In this document: positions 18,092 through 27,287 of the stretch, piece after piece
Layout of the letters: the number at the start of each line of letters is the position of its first letter
Position numbering within the stretch: the stretch's first letter is position 1
From: Oligoflexales bacterium
GTDB lineage: Bacteria > Bdellovibrionota_B > Oligoflexia > Oligoflexales > Bog-1112
Length of the DNA: 39,226 nt
Direction of reading: 5' to 3'
Assembly: GCA_017985985.1 (NCBI GenBank)
Contig: JAGNWK010000019.1
Coordinates: forward strand, 1-39,226
The notes under the pieces: generated by a model
What the model was told of the DNA's origin: nothing
Database searches by the model: none
The model's input: the letters and a program-made list of their open reading frames with translations, nothing else
Position numbers and translations under genes: made by a program

Positions 18092-19357
18092 ATGCGGAAG
18101 CTGATCAATAAAGGACCGGTGAACCTTGAAGACACTCAGATAGCCTACAGCCACCTTAACTCATGGGAACTGCGCAAGGCCTCTCTGCTTTTCCAAATCA
18201 TGGGAAACCCTCTCATCAGTCAATTGGGTCAAAAGTCACTTCTGCTAGCCTTAAGGCTTCATCTTCCTGTCAGCGGCCTCATAAAATTTGGATTTTTTTC
18301 GCACTTCTGCGGGGGAACTTCTTTAGAAGACTGCGAGTCACTCGTTGAAAAACTTCGACGGAAGGGGGTTGATGCTCTCCTTGACTTCGCTGGTGAGCAG
18401 AGTTCATCGGAACAGGAACGCGATCAGAGCTGTACAGAAGTACTGCGAGCCATAGATTCATCGCAAGATAGGGGACTGCGTTTCTCTGTCTTTAAGCCTA
18501 CAGCCATCATAGATCCCAAGCTCCTTGAAAAAGTATCAAACGCCCTGAAGGGACAAGGTATACAAATCGTCTCCAAATCCCACCTAGCTGATCTCAATTC
18601 CGGAGAAAGAAAAGACTGGGAGAGGGGAACCGAACGCTTCCGAAAACTCTGTCAGAAAGCCCACTCTGCCGGCATTCAAGTTCTGGTTGATGCGGAGGAA
18701 TCTTGGATTCAATACGCTGCCGATGCACTTGTCTGGGAGAATATGCTGAAATGGAACAAAGAGAGGCCTATCGTATTTCAAACCATTCAAATGTACCGAA
18801 CAGATCGCCTAGACTACCTCTACACCCTCAACAAAGAAGCCGAGTCCTTAAAAATCAGTGTAGGGATCAAGCTGGTCAGAGGCGCCTACATGGAGAAAGA
18901 GCGAGCGCGAGCCAAAGCTCAGTCCACCCCAGACCCCATTCATTCTCATAAAGACAAGACCGACCGAGACTACACTAGCGCCCTATCCTTTGTTCTGGAA
19001 CGTCTCGAGAACATCAGTCTTTTTGTAGGGACACACAACCAGTCGTCCATAGAACTGGCCCTAAACTTCCTAGCCAAACAAAAAAACCTGTCTCCAGCCC
19101 TTATCCAGCAAAATCTCTGCTTCTCCCAGCTCTTAGGTATGAGCGATCCGCTAACTTTCAATTTGGCCCATGGGGGCTATTATGTCAGCAAGTACGTTCC
19201 TTACGGACCAATCCGAGCGGCTATACCCTACCTTATCCGCAGGGCTCAGGAAAATTCGTCTGTCACGGGGCAAGTCAATAAAGATAGTGAAGCTATAAGA
19301 AAAGAAATCCAGAGCAGAAAAGAGCGGGGACTCCTGGAGGTAAGTCCCGTCAAATAA
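18092..19357 (+). CDS. Proline dehydrogenase (monofunctional PRODH)
   Basis: ..IKFGFFSHFCGGTSLEDCESLVEKLRRKGVDALLDFAGEQ.. and ..GIKLVRGAYMEKERARA.. are diagnostic of the PutA PRODH barrel. The chosen start is ATG 18092 (MRKLINKG..). The ORF-track start at 17993 lies inside a repeat element. Confidence 0.8.
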   Translation: MRKLINKGPVNLEDTQIAYSHLNSWELRKASLLFQIMGNPLISQLGQKSLLLALRLHLPVSGLIKFGFFSHFCGGTSLEDCESLVEKLRRKGVDALLDFAGEQSSSEQERDQSCTEVLRAIDSSQDRGLRFSVFKPTAIIDPKLLEKVSNALKGQGIQIVSKSHLADLNSGERKDWERGTERFRKLCQKAHSAGIQVLVDAEESWIQYAADALVWENMLKWNKERPIVFQTIQMYRTDRLDYLYTLNKEAESLKISVGIKLVRGAYMEKERARAKAQSTPDPIHSHKDKTDRDYTSALSFVLERLENISLFVGTHNQSSIELALNFLAKQKNLSPALIQQNLCFSQLLGMSDPLTFNLAHGGYYVSKYVPYGPIRAAIPYLIRRAQENSSVTGQVNKDSEAIRKEIQSRKERGLLEVSPVK

Positions 19358-19456
19358 ATGACAACCTAAAAAGATGGCCCATAACTTGCCACAAGTTCTC
19401 AAACCCATGTTATTATATCCTGAAAGAGCAAGAAGAAGAGAGTGAGGAGACTCAAG

Positions 19457-19675
19457 ATGAGACAGACTAAAGTGTTGAAATATTTTCTCATGTTGTCGCT
19501 CCTTCTGCCCCTGGCATCTTTCTCGAGCTCGTGCACGACGAAGCGAGATAACGCAATGGGCTCCGATCCGCTCAACGGTACAGAAGCCCAACTCTACGAA
19601 CAAGCCTTGATCCGCTGCCACAAAACGGGTGGCTCTCGTATCGTAAAAATACAGGGTAGACTCCGCTGCTTCTAG
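19457..19675 (+). CDS. Small putative lipoprotein (73 aa)
   Basis: An AGGAG sits 8 nt upstream of the ATG. Signal peptide MRQTKVLKYFLMLSLLLPLASFSSSC with a Cys at the predicted cleavage site. It is antisense to the spurious minus-strand ORF 19151..19684. Confidence 0.45.
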   Translation: MRQTKVLKYFLMLSLLLPLASFSSSCTTKRDNAMGSDPLNGTEAQLYEQALIRCHKTGGSRIVKIQGRLRCF

Positions 19676-19779
19676 TCTGTACAAAACTCCCTTAATAGAC
19701 TTACTGGCCTAACACCAATCTGTTCGACCAGGCTACGTCATCGTGTGCATTCCCAGATAAAGATCAGAAAGACAGATCC

Positions 19780-20988
19780 TTGAACATTCAACTTATTGCG
19801 ACTTGCCCAGAAGAGCTACAGCCTGTTCTTATTCAAGAGCTTCAAGAACTGGGAGCCGACCAGATCAGCCCACTCTACAAAGCGATCCTGTTTGAAGTAG
19901 ATGAGGCCAAGTATTACAAGGCCCACCTTGTTCTTTCGACCGCTAGCCGAATTCTAAAAGTTTTAAAGATTTTCAAAGCTCCTGTACCCGGCACCCTTTA
20001 TGGAATTGCTAGCAAAAAAATCCCCTGGGATGAAATTTTCTCTGTTAAACAGACCTTCCGAGTGGACGGCTCTACAGAAGACCGAGGGAACAGAGCTCTC
20101 AGTTCCAATGACATTAGTAAAAAAGTAAGGCAGGGGATTGAAGATTACTTTGCAAACAAAGTGGGAAACATACCAGCTGTCGACTTAAAAGAACCCGACC
20201 TCGTCTTCGTTGCTCATATGGCAAAGCAAAAAGTCTTTCTTAGCATCGAAAGCAGTGGCAAAAAATCGCTGCACAAGCGAGGCTACAGGACGACTAGCAG
20301 CCACGAAGCCCCTCTTAAAGAAACCCTTGCGGCAGCCATTCTTCGCTTGAGTGGCTACCGAGGGGACACCGTGCTCATGGACCCCATGTGCGGCAGTGGT
20401 ACGATTGTCATAGAAGCCTGCTTCCTCGCCCTGCAAAAGGCTTGCAACATCCACCGCAAAAAGGGCGAGTTTGGTTTTGAGCAGTTTGGAGACTTCAATT
20501 CAGCTCTGTGGAGAACCGTCCAAGATGAAGTCCGTCTGTTGAAACGATCCGAGATCGATCATCCCATCTACGCTTCCGACATCCAAGAAACCTACGTAAA
20601 CGAAAGCAGACAAACAGCCCTGAGAGCTCGGGTTGAAAAATATATTCAATTCTCTCGCCAATCTTTTTTTGATGTCCAGAAGCCAGCAGAAACGGGAATC
20701 ATCGTCTCCAATCTCCCGTATGGGGAACGTCTCAATCCAAGGGACTCCTCTGGACAGGAGGCAGATCTCGAGGACTTTTATAAAAAAGTAGGGGACCACC
20801 TAAAACAACAATTTACGGGCTGGAAGGCCTGCCTGCTCGTCCAGGATGAATCCCCCTGGGAAAGTATCGGGCTCAAGCCATCTAAGAAAATTAAAATTCT
20901 TAACGGATCTATCCCTTCTAAACTCCTTATCTTCGATCTCTATGCAGGGACTAAAAAACGAAGCCTAAAACAGGGGGAAGATTCCTAA
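19780..20988 (+). CDS. THUMP-domain class I SAM-dependent RNA methyltransferase (RlmL/RlmK N-half-like)
   Basis: N-terminal THUMP-like region; SAM motif ..MDPMCGSGTIVIEA..; catalytic NLPYGERL motif. TTG start. Confidence 0.7.
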   Translation: MNIQLIATCPEELQPVLIQELQELGADQISPLYKAILFEVDEAKYYKAHLVLSTASRILKVLKIFKAPVPGTLYGIASKKIPWDEIFSVKQTFRVDGSTEDRGNRALSSNDISKKVRQGIEDYFANKVGNIPAVDLKEPDLVFVAHMAKQKVFLSIESSGKKSLHKRGYRTTSSHEAPLKETLAAAILRLSGYRGDTVLMDPMCGSGTIVIEACFLALQKACNIHRKKGEFGFEQFGDFNSALWRTVQDEVRLLKRSEIDHPIYASDIQETYVNESRQTALRARVEKYIQFSRQSFFDVQKPAETGIIVSNLPYGERLNPRDSSGQEADLEDFYKKVGDHLKQQFTGWKACLLVQDESPWESIGLKPSKKIKILNGSIPSKLLIFDLYAGTKKRSLKQGEDS

Positions 20989-21038
20989 AGAGGGGGTAAA
21001 GCCCTCTTTAGAAACAGAAACTATTGGAGTTAGTTCCT

Positions 21039-21365
21039 ATGAAACAAAAATTAATAGTCTATCTTATCCTGCTATCTTTGACTTTTTCTTCAGTTGGCTT
21101 TAGCCAAACGTCCCCTGCAGTGACCTGCAATTGCCAAACCAGCGGCAGCTGCACGACCGCTGATATCGTACTGACATCCCTAGAGGTACTGCCCACTGTT
21201 ATTTTTGCACTGGTATCTTTCGCTACAGTGTTCACCACGGTCTACTACCGCAAAAAGTGCGGTAGCACTCAAGAACAACTGCTATCAGTTAGAAGTCGTG
21301 CCTTTTCTGTGGGCCACATTGTTGCAGCAGCTCCCCCTCCCATTTACTCTGCTGCACTGCAATAG
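21039..21365 (+). CDS. Small secreted/membrane protein with NCNC..SG.CT motif (paralog 1)
   Basis: GGAG 10 nt upstream. Signal peptide, then TCNCQTSGSCTT, a hydrophobic helix and YYRKKC. Paralogous to the next ORF. Confidence 0.5.
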   Translation: MKQKLIVYLILLSLTFSSVGFSQTSPAVTCNCQTSGSCTTADIVLTSLEVLPTVIFALVSFATVFTTVYYRKKCGSTQEQLLSVRSRAFSVGHIVAAAPPPIYSAALQ

Positions 21366-21427
21366 GCCAGGCAGGATGAGCCATTCTGAAGCTGGTATCC
21401 ATTTCTACTTTTTAAAAGAAGTGAACT

Positions 21428-21778
21428 ATGAAAAAAGTCCTCATCTATTTCCTCTTTCTGTCTCTGAGCTTTTCTCCCATCGCTCTGAGCCAGACAAACA
21501 GTACAGGTTCAGTAAACTGTAACTGCCCTGCAAGTGGTGAATGTACGATCACCCTCTATATACGAACAGGCACAGGAGCCTTACCTGCTGTCCTTGCTGG
21601 GACAGTGGCTCTTCTCACAACCATGAGTACCGCCCATTACCGCCATAAAAGCAAGAACCTCTTTAATGAATTGCAGGCTTTAATGAGCCACTCACAAGCT
21701 CCTCAGATGCAAGCAGGAGCTGCACACGCTGTTCAGATGCCATTGCCTAGCTCCCGCTTTCCTGGCTACGCCAACTGA
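21428..21778 (+). CDS. Small secreted/membrane protein with NCNC..SG.CT motif (paralog 2)
   Basis: MKKVLIYFLFLSLSFSPIALSQ signal peptide, then VNCNCPASGECTI, a hydrophobic helix and HYRHKSK. Same architecture as 21039..21365. Confidence 0.5.
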   Translation: MKKVLIYFLFLSLSFSPIALSQTNSTGSVNCNCPASGECTITLYIRTGTGALPAVLAGTVALLTTMSTAHYRHKSKNLFNELQALMSHSQAPQMQAGAAHAVQMPLPSSRFPGYAN

Positions 21779-22076
21779 TGCACTATAAAGCTCTGTGAAC
21801 TACAGCCATCCTAGAGAGTGGGAAGTGATTTTTTCAAAGTCTCCAAGTCTTGGCTGAGCTCTTCGAAGGGTAGTAGGATAGGGTTCACGCTGTTAGCTGC
21901 AGAGGATGTTTCCGCTTTTGGATCGGACACCATAAGAACTTCGATCTGATTAGGTAAAGTTATGGCTTTTGGAGGTAGGGAGTCTTCTTTTTTGCTTGGC
22001 TTGCACTAAAAAACACATATCGATAACATTCGATCCAATCAGAAAAAAAGGTAAAGATTTTCCAGTCAAACATTTT

Positions 22077-23624
22077 TTACTTATGTTTAATTTTTTGCCA
22101 GTAGGAATCAAACTGGAAAGAGGGGGAGTGATTGCCTCGATGACAGGTGAGGCAGACCTCTCGAGCAGCGAGGGATCCAGGAGCAGTATCCCTCTTGAGA
22201 GGATTTTTGACATGTTCCGCCCTGGCTCCATGACAGTTCTCACATTGAACCCCTTTGAATTGGGGGGTCAACTGCTCTGAAATAAAACCACCTCGACTTT
22301 GAAGACCCAAAACATGGCAGGAGACACAGTCGGAATCTTCATTTTTTTGCTTTTTTTGCAGAGTCTCATAAGCCTTTGCATGATGAGAGTCCTTCCAAAC
22401 GGCAGCCGCCTGAACATGACAGGAGGAACAGGCTTCTGCCCCTGCAAAAGGTGAGCTTTTCAGATCCTCTCGCTTCTTTAGTTGCTGCTTTTGAAAATCC
22501 TCTGCCGTTTCTTTTGTATAGGTCTCTAGTAGGGATTTAAGAGGAGAGACCTCTTCATAGTCTTGAGTCAACCACGTCACATAGATAAGGTTTGAATCTT
22601 TTTTTATGAACCCTTGGATGGGGACCGTTAAAAACTTCGATTCCTCTTTTTTTGTTACGCTCTCCTTTTGGAAAAGCCCGTTAAGAGTCGATGATTCTAA
22701 ACTGCTCTCCTCAGACTTCAAAATTGCTGCAAGGGAAAGGGCTTGGTTGCGACGAAGAGCCCCCCCCCGCAAGACACCCTTACCTTCCAAAGGGACCATA
22801 CGAATAGCTTTAGTGTTGAACGCCGACTCCTGACGAGAAAGTCGCACAAGAAGATCTTCATTCGTCTTCTCAGCATCCACAGCACGGTCTTCCGTTCGTT
22901 TGTCCCTTGAACTAGAGCTGATGATTTCGGCAAAAAGACCACTTTCATCAATCTTCGTCAAAACTTCATCCGGTCCTGAAAACAGGAGCACCGAAAAAGC
23001 ATCCCGGTGAGAAGCTAGTATGCTTTCCCAAGATTTTCTGAGTTCTGGGCCCCAGGTAAGGACTTGCGATTCTAGGCGCTCATCCCACACAAAACCGAGA
23101 ATAAGTGTCGTTCCCACCTGCCCCTTACTGAGAACGATCTGGGAAGAAAAATTTTTCAGGCCTAAAAAAGAAGAAGATTTTGATATTGCTGTTTTGACAT
23201 TACTGAGAACGAAGGGTCTGCGACTGGCAAGGAGGTCTGTATCCGGATGGGCAGAGAGTAGGGCAAGAAGTTCTTCCTTGTTCAGCAAAGCTGCATCTGG
23301 CTGCAGCGAGTCCAGTGCCTGAATGAGGTAGCGACTCTTGATCGGATTGCGATCCTGCCTATCGATTTGATCACCTAGGTCAAACAAGAAAAGAGAGGGT
23401 TCAGCAGCCCTCTCCCTTGCTACAAGAGTCGCTAGACGTCTCACCCCTCCCAGATCAGAACGGGGGTCACAGCCACAAGGGGCCAAGTCCCCTTGCAGGC
23501 TCCCATAAGCTAACCAAGGTGGATCAGTTGGCTCCCTATCTTTGCTAGCGGCAAAGTTAGGTCCAAACAAGATGAGCGAGATAACGAATAGAAAAAAATA
23601 TTCCCGCAAGCCCCCCCCTAACAT
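22077..23624 (-). CDS. Secreted multiheme c-type cytochrome (4 CxxCH) with a large N-terminal non-heme domain
   Basis: Signal peptide. The C-terminal ~130 aa contains CSSCH, CVSCH, CENCH and CLTCH. The N-terminal ~380 aa has no heme motif (..DLAPCGCDPRSDLGGVRRLATL..). A G8 tract follows the ATG directly (atg tta ggg ggg ggc) and a G9 tract lies internally at 22760-22768. Confidence 0.65.
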   Translation of the reverse strand: MLGGGLREYFFLFVISLILFGPNFAASKDREPTDPPWLAYGSLQGDLAPCGCDPRSDLGGVRRLATLVARERAAEPSLFLFDLGDQIDRQDRNPIKSRYLIQALDSLQPDAALLNKEELLALLSAHPDTDLLASRRPFVLSNVKTAISKSSSFLGLKNFSSQIVLSKGQVGTTLILGFVWDERLESQVLTWGPELRKSWESILASHRDAFSVLLFSGPDEVLTKIDESGLFAEIISSSSRDKRTEDRAVDAEKTNEDLLVRLSRQESAFNTKAIRMVPLEGKGVLRGGALRRNQALSLAAILKSEESSLESSTLNGLFQKESVTKKEESKFLTVPIQGFIKKDSNLIYVTWLTQDYEEVSPLKSLLETYTKETAEDFQKQQLKKREDLKSSPFAGAEACSSCHVQAAAVWKDSHHAKAYETLQKKQKNEDSDCVSCHVLGLQSRGGFISEQLTPQFKGVQCENCHGARAEHVKNPLKRDTAPGSLAAREVCLTCHRGNHSPSFQFDSYWQKIKHK

Positions 23625-24046
23625 CAGCTTCCTAGTGGAAATACCTGAGAAGTTCTCCCTAGTTCCTCCTTGCCTGAGACGTTCACCCTAGTTTTTGAAT
23701 AGCTAACCCGGACCCTTGACCCGCGACCAAGTCCATTGGGCAAGTTGGGCTTCTCCAAAGTCAGTTCGAGGCTGGCAATATCCGCATAGCGAATCAGCAG
23801 TTCGTCAGCAAAGTGGGCCAAGACCGATTCTATAAGATTGAACGAACGCCCCTCTAAGATTTCTTCTGCAGCATGCATGAGTTTGCCATAATCCAGAGTC
23901 GAAGAGATCTCATCACGAAGCAAGGCAAAATCTCGTTCCGTCAATTTTGCACGGATTGAGATCAAAACATCCTGACCAGTTTTTTTTTCTTCTGGAAAAA
24001 TACCCAGCCTCATAAAGACTGGGTAATCTAAAATTTCTAAAACCAT
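23624..24046 (-). CDS. folB: Dihydroneopterin aldolase
   Basis: MVLEILDYPVFMRLGIFPEEKKTGQDVLISIRAKL..DYGKL.. fits the FolB signature. Its stop overlaps the cytochrome start by 1 nt (ATGA). Confidence 0.7.
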   Translation of the reverse strand: MVLEILDYPVFMRLGIFPEEKKTGQDVLISIRAKLTERDFALLRDEISSTLDYGKLMHAAEEILEGRSFNLIESVLAHFADELLIRYADIASLELTLEKPNLPNGLGRGSRVRVSYSKTRVNVSGKEELGRTSQVFPLGS

Positions 24047-24070
24047 AGTGATAACTTCGACATTTAAAGG

Positions 24071-24970
24071 CTAGAACCCTCTTAGAGCTCTCAAGCGAGC
24101 ATCAAGACTAGGGTGAGTCGATAGCATCTGCAAAAATTTACTCTTAGAGGAAATTTGCAGAGCAGGCATACGCCCCTCATGCTTATCATTTTCAACAGCA
24201 GGATAGTCTCTTTTCAACGCCTCAAGAGCACGCACCATTTTGTCTTTGCCTCCAAACTGAGCACTCCCTTTGTCAGCGCGATACTCTCTCATGCGGGAAA
24301 AGTAGGCTGTCACCATCTGTGCCATCAGTCCAAAGACCATTTCCAATGCAAAAACGGTCATCATATAACCAAAGAACCCAAGACCGCTGCCACGCCCTTC
24401 GTTGTCTGAACGTAGATTCGAATCGATGAGATGAGCAATAATCCTCGCAAAGAACATAACGAAGGCGTTAAGAACCCCTTGCAAGAGAGTCATCGTCACC
24501 ATGTCACCATTGGCAATGTGAGCGACCTCGTGACCAAGGACACCTTCCACTTCTTCACGGCTCATCTTGTAAAGAAGGCCAGTTGAGACGGCCACGAGCG
24601 AATTGCTACGGGACGGCCCTGTAGCAAATGCATTTACATCTGCCGACTCATAAACACCGACCTCTGGCATCTTCTCAAGTTGAGCCTTACGAGCTAAGGT
24701 GTGAACTGTCTGGACGAGCCAAGCAAACTGACTCGAACTATCGACAAGCTGCACCCCATAAACCCTCTTTGCCATCCACTTGGAAATCCAAAGACTTATA
24801 AAAGCACCACCTGTGCCCCACAAAAGGCAGAAGATCATCAGAGAGCTGTAATCGATACCTGAGGCCGTAAGGTAGGGACGGACCCCAAGCAAGTTGGTGA
24901 TGAGCGACAACATGAGCATGATGCCGATATTCACGAGAGCAAAAAAGCTAATCCGCCTAAGCCAAGTCAT
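24071..24970 (-). CDS. htpX: M48 zinc metalloprotease HtpX
   Basis: HEVAHIANGD (HExxH) lies in the typical HtpX context with N-terminal TM helices. The preferred start is ATG 24970, with AGGAG 10 nt upstream. The ORF-track start at 25012 would add 14 aa. Confidence 0.8.
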   Translation of the reverse strand: MTWLRRISFFALVNIGIMLMLSLITNLLGVRPYLTASGIDYSSLMIFCLLWGTGGAFISLWISKWMAKRVYGVQLVDSSSQFAWLVQTVHTLARKAQLEKMPEVGVYESADVNAFATGPSRSNSLVAVSTGLLYKMSREEVEGVLGHEVAHIANGDMVTMTLLQGVLNAFVMFFARIIAHLIDSNLRSDNEGRGSGLGFFGYMMTVFALEMVFGLMAQMVTAYFSRMREYRADKGSAQFGGKDKMVRALEALKRDYPAVENDKHEGRMPALQISSKSKFLQMLSTHPSLDARLRALRGF

Positions 24971-25106
24971 GATTTTCTTATCTCCTAAAATAAAGCTGGA
25001 TAAGCCAGCCATAATGCAGAAACAGCCTGCATGTTATACTATAAGTCGCTATGAGGCAAAGTAAAGGGGCTAGCTTAAAATTCTTACAGGCAGGGCCTTC
25101 ATCTTA

Positions 25107-25227
25107 GGAACCATCCCACAAGTCGTATAGCAAGGCATTGGGGAGCAATCAGTGCAGTTTACTGGATGGTAAATGAGCAGCGCAGCGACGAAAATAACGC
25201 AGCTACACGACTTGTGGGATGGTTCCT
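25107..25227. mobile_element. MITE-like element family 1, copy A (~121 bp, 21-bp terminal inverted repeats)
   Basis: Terminal inverted repeats aggaaccatcccacaagtcgt ... acgacttgtgggatggttcct with an ~80 bp core. Its terminal ..cctag supplies the TAG stop of the adjacent CDS 25226..25726. Confidence 0.7.
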
Positions 25228-25726
25228 AGGCCGTCGACAGCATGCTTTTCAAAAGGAGCCGCTGATAGGTAGAGAGGGTCATAAGCCCTTCGTCCTCAAA
25301 AAGACTGGAGTGCACGCGAGGTCTGGTTAAAACCTGCTGTGGTTCGTAAATGTTTACAAGATCAAATGGCTGCCCCTTTCGCATAAAGACATCCTGATCC
25401 ACAATTTTTTCACTCTGCGAGACTAGCCAACCATGAGGCGATTGTTCAAAAAGCCAGCCGAGCGTATTTCTTGGCCTAAGATAAAAATACCTTCTCGAAA
25501 ACGCAAGCAGTCCAGACTCGTAAAAAAGAGGAGCTGAAGAGTGCTCTCGAGGAAGCTCTTTGAACTGAGTGTAGATGGAGTGTTTCAGCTTCAAAAAAAT
25601 CTTATCTCGCAGCTCTTCATCTATCAGCAGATTGTAGCGAACAGATAATGCCGACGACAAGGGATCACCTGATTTTGAATCTGGCCGCTTCTTCTCAATT
25701 ATAAAATGCCTAAGTCGCTCCAACAT
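25226..25726 (-). CDS. Hypothetical protein (166 aa)
   Basis: ORF with no recognisable domain. Its 3' end abuts or overlaps MITE copy A, so its C-terminus may have been altered by the insertion. Confidence 0.4.
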   Translation of the reverse strand: MLERLRHFIIEKKRPDSKSGDPLSSALSVRYNLLIDEELRDKIFLKLKHSIYTQFKELPREHSSAPLFYESGLLAFSRRYFYLRPRNTLGWLFEQSPHGWLVSQSEKIVDQDVFMRKGQPFDLVNIYEPQQVLTRPRVHSSLFEDEGLMTLSTYQRLLLKSMLSTA

Positions 25727-25792
25727 AAGAATCTTTCATCTTGACAGAGTCTTCGGTTATCCATTAACAATGTCTTCACTTGGGGCACATCA

Positions 25793-25869
25793 TGCGGGAG
25801 TAGCTCAGTTGGCTAGAGCGTCGCGTTGCCATCGCGAAGGTCGAGGGTTCGAGTCCCTTTTCCCGCTCC
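25793..25869 (+). tRNA. tRNA-Gly (anticodon GCC)
   Basis: Cloverleaf: acceptor GCGGGAG/ttCCCGC; D-arm GCTC-AGTTGGCTA-GAGC; anticodon stem TCGCG / loop TTGCCAT / CGCGA; T-arm GAGGG-TTCGAGT-CCCTT; discriminator T; CCA encoded. Near-identical to E. coli glyV. Confidence 0.9.
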
Positions 25870-26034
25870 AAATTTTTCAAATACACATCCCCACATAAGG
25901 TGCCATCTCATAAGTCGTCGTCAGTCAGAGCATCGAGAGCATACAGATGCAAGCAGATTGACCACTTATAAGATAGCGCCTTATTCTATTATACCACTGT
26001 CGAATCCTCGTTCGGCAAGATCAGGTAAAAACCA

Positions 26035-26718
26035 ATGACCAGTCTCTTAAAATTAGCGAGTTTTCCCATCGGAAATCTCGCCTGCAATTGCTCCGTTATT
26101 TATTCCAGTCAGACTCGAGAAGCGATCGCCATCGACCCCGGCAATGACGCCGACTCCTTTTTAAAAAAAATAAAAACCCTCGATGTTCAGGTTAAATATC
26201 TCCTACATACCCACGCCCACTTCGATCACATCGGCCACTCTGACATTGTGCGAACAAAGATTGGCGCCCCACTACACCTCCACAAGGATGATCTTTTCTT
26301 GTACAGAGCCCTCCGTGAGCAGGGCCTGTTCTTTGGGCAGCAGGTGGGAGAACCCGGAGAAGTCGATCACTACATAGAAGACGAAGAAGAATATAAGATT
26401 CAAGTCCAAAATCTAGAGATCAAAGATCAAGGACTTCAGACCATCCTCAAAACCATACACACCCCCGGACATACCCCCGGCTCTTGCAGCTTCTATACAG
26501 AACTTTTGGAAGACGGCCCCATGCTCTTCACAGGGGACACTCTTTTTTCTGGGACGATAGGCCGCACAGACCTACCGGGTGGAGACTTCCACCAGCTGAT
26601 ACATTCCATCCAAACCAGAATTCTTAAACTCCCTGAAGAAACCACCTGCATACCAGGCCATGGTGCCCAAACAACACTCTCCAATGAAAAGCGATACAAT
26701 CCTTTCCTCAAAAAATAG
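26035..26718 (+). CDS. MBL-fold hydrolase (glyoxalase II / GloB-like)
   Basis: HTHAHFDHIGH (HxHxDH) and the downstream motifs ..TPGHTPGS.. and ..FTGDTLF.. are typical of hydroxyacylglutathione-hydrolase-like MBL proteins. Confidence 0.75.
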   Translation: MTSLLKLASFPIGNLACNCSVIYSSQTREAIAIDPGNDADSFLKKIKTLDVQVKYLLHTHAHFDHIGHSDIVRTKIGAPLHLHKDDLFLYRALREQGLFFGQQVGEPGEVDHYIEDEEEYKIQVQNLEIKDQGLQTILKTIHTPGHTPGSCSFYTELLEDGPMLFTGDTLFSGTIGRTDLPGGDFHQLIHSIQTRILKLPEETTCIPGHGAQTTLSNEKRYNPFLKK

Positions 26719-26793
26719 TCCATCTCTACTGATGCTATAATAGCAACGAGTCATCACTTGAAAAATTCCAAGTTATAGCAAAAGAAGCAAAGA

Positions 26794-27081
26794 ATGGAAA
26801 ACAGCGTAGAAGGAAAAGAAAAAGGCAATTGTCGATGCCCACATCATAAAATGAAGGGTATTTTCATCGCTCTGGCAGGGTTAGCTTATTTGCTGGGGAA
26901 TCTCGAAATCATTTCCATGCACATGGCTCATAATATTTGGCCTATACTGATCATCCTTTTCGGATTGATGAAGTCCTTCGGTAACAATATTTGCAAATGC
27001 TGCACACCTAGCTCAGCTGGAGGAAAGTGCTGTGACTCCAATAACTGCTCCTGCTCCTGCAAGTGTTGCAAGAAAAGCTAA
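26794..27081 (+). CDS. Small Cys-rich membrane-associated protein (95 aa)
   Basis: N-terminal NCRCPHH, one hydrophobic helix, and a C-terminal tail with 11 Cys in 33 aa (CKCCTPSSAGGKCCDSNNCSCSCKCCKKS). Metallothionein-like or peptide-like, no firm family. Confidence 0.4.
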   Translation: MENSVEGKEKGNCRCPHHKMKGIFIALAGLAYLLGNLEIISMHMAHNIWPILIILFGLMKSFGNNICKCCTPSSAGGKCCDSNNCSCSCKCCKKS

Positions 27082-27096
27082 CATGTAGTTCCCCCC

Positions 27097-27122
27097 TGGG
27101 GAACCAGCTACGCAGTATCCCC
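27097..27122. repeat. REP-like palindromic element (family 4)
   Basis: ggggaaccagctacgcagtatcccc lies immediately after the stop of 26794..27081. Confidence 0.5.
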
Positions 27123-27287
27123 GACGCTGACTTTGCATCAGCCCTGCCATATAACCAATAGAATCTACCACTTACTGACTTTTTTAAAATCTATTTGATT
27201 TTATTACCAACATTAACTATAATATAACTATTAAAATGATTTTAAATAATATTCCATTGGAATCTTGTTTTTTGAAAAGGACAGATT

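Noticed and set aside
19151-19684. 177-aa minus-strand ORF
   Set aside because: It overlaps the 3' end of the proline dehydrogenase gene and is antisense to a well-supported small lipoprotein ORF with a strong SD. It has no motifs.
21950-22280. Two overlapping ~100-aa ORFs (21950..22243 minus, 21969..22280 plus)
   Set aside because: Both overlap the 3' end of the multiheme cytochrome gene, whose C-terminal CxxCH motifs validate that frame.
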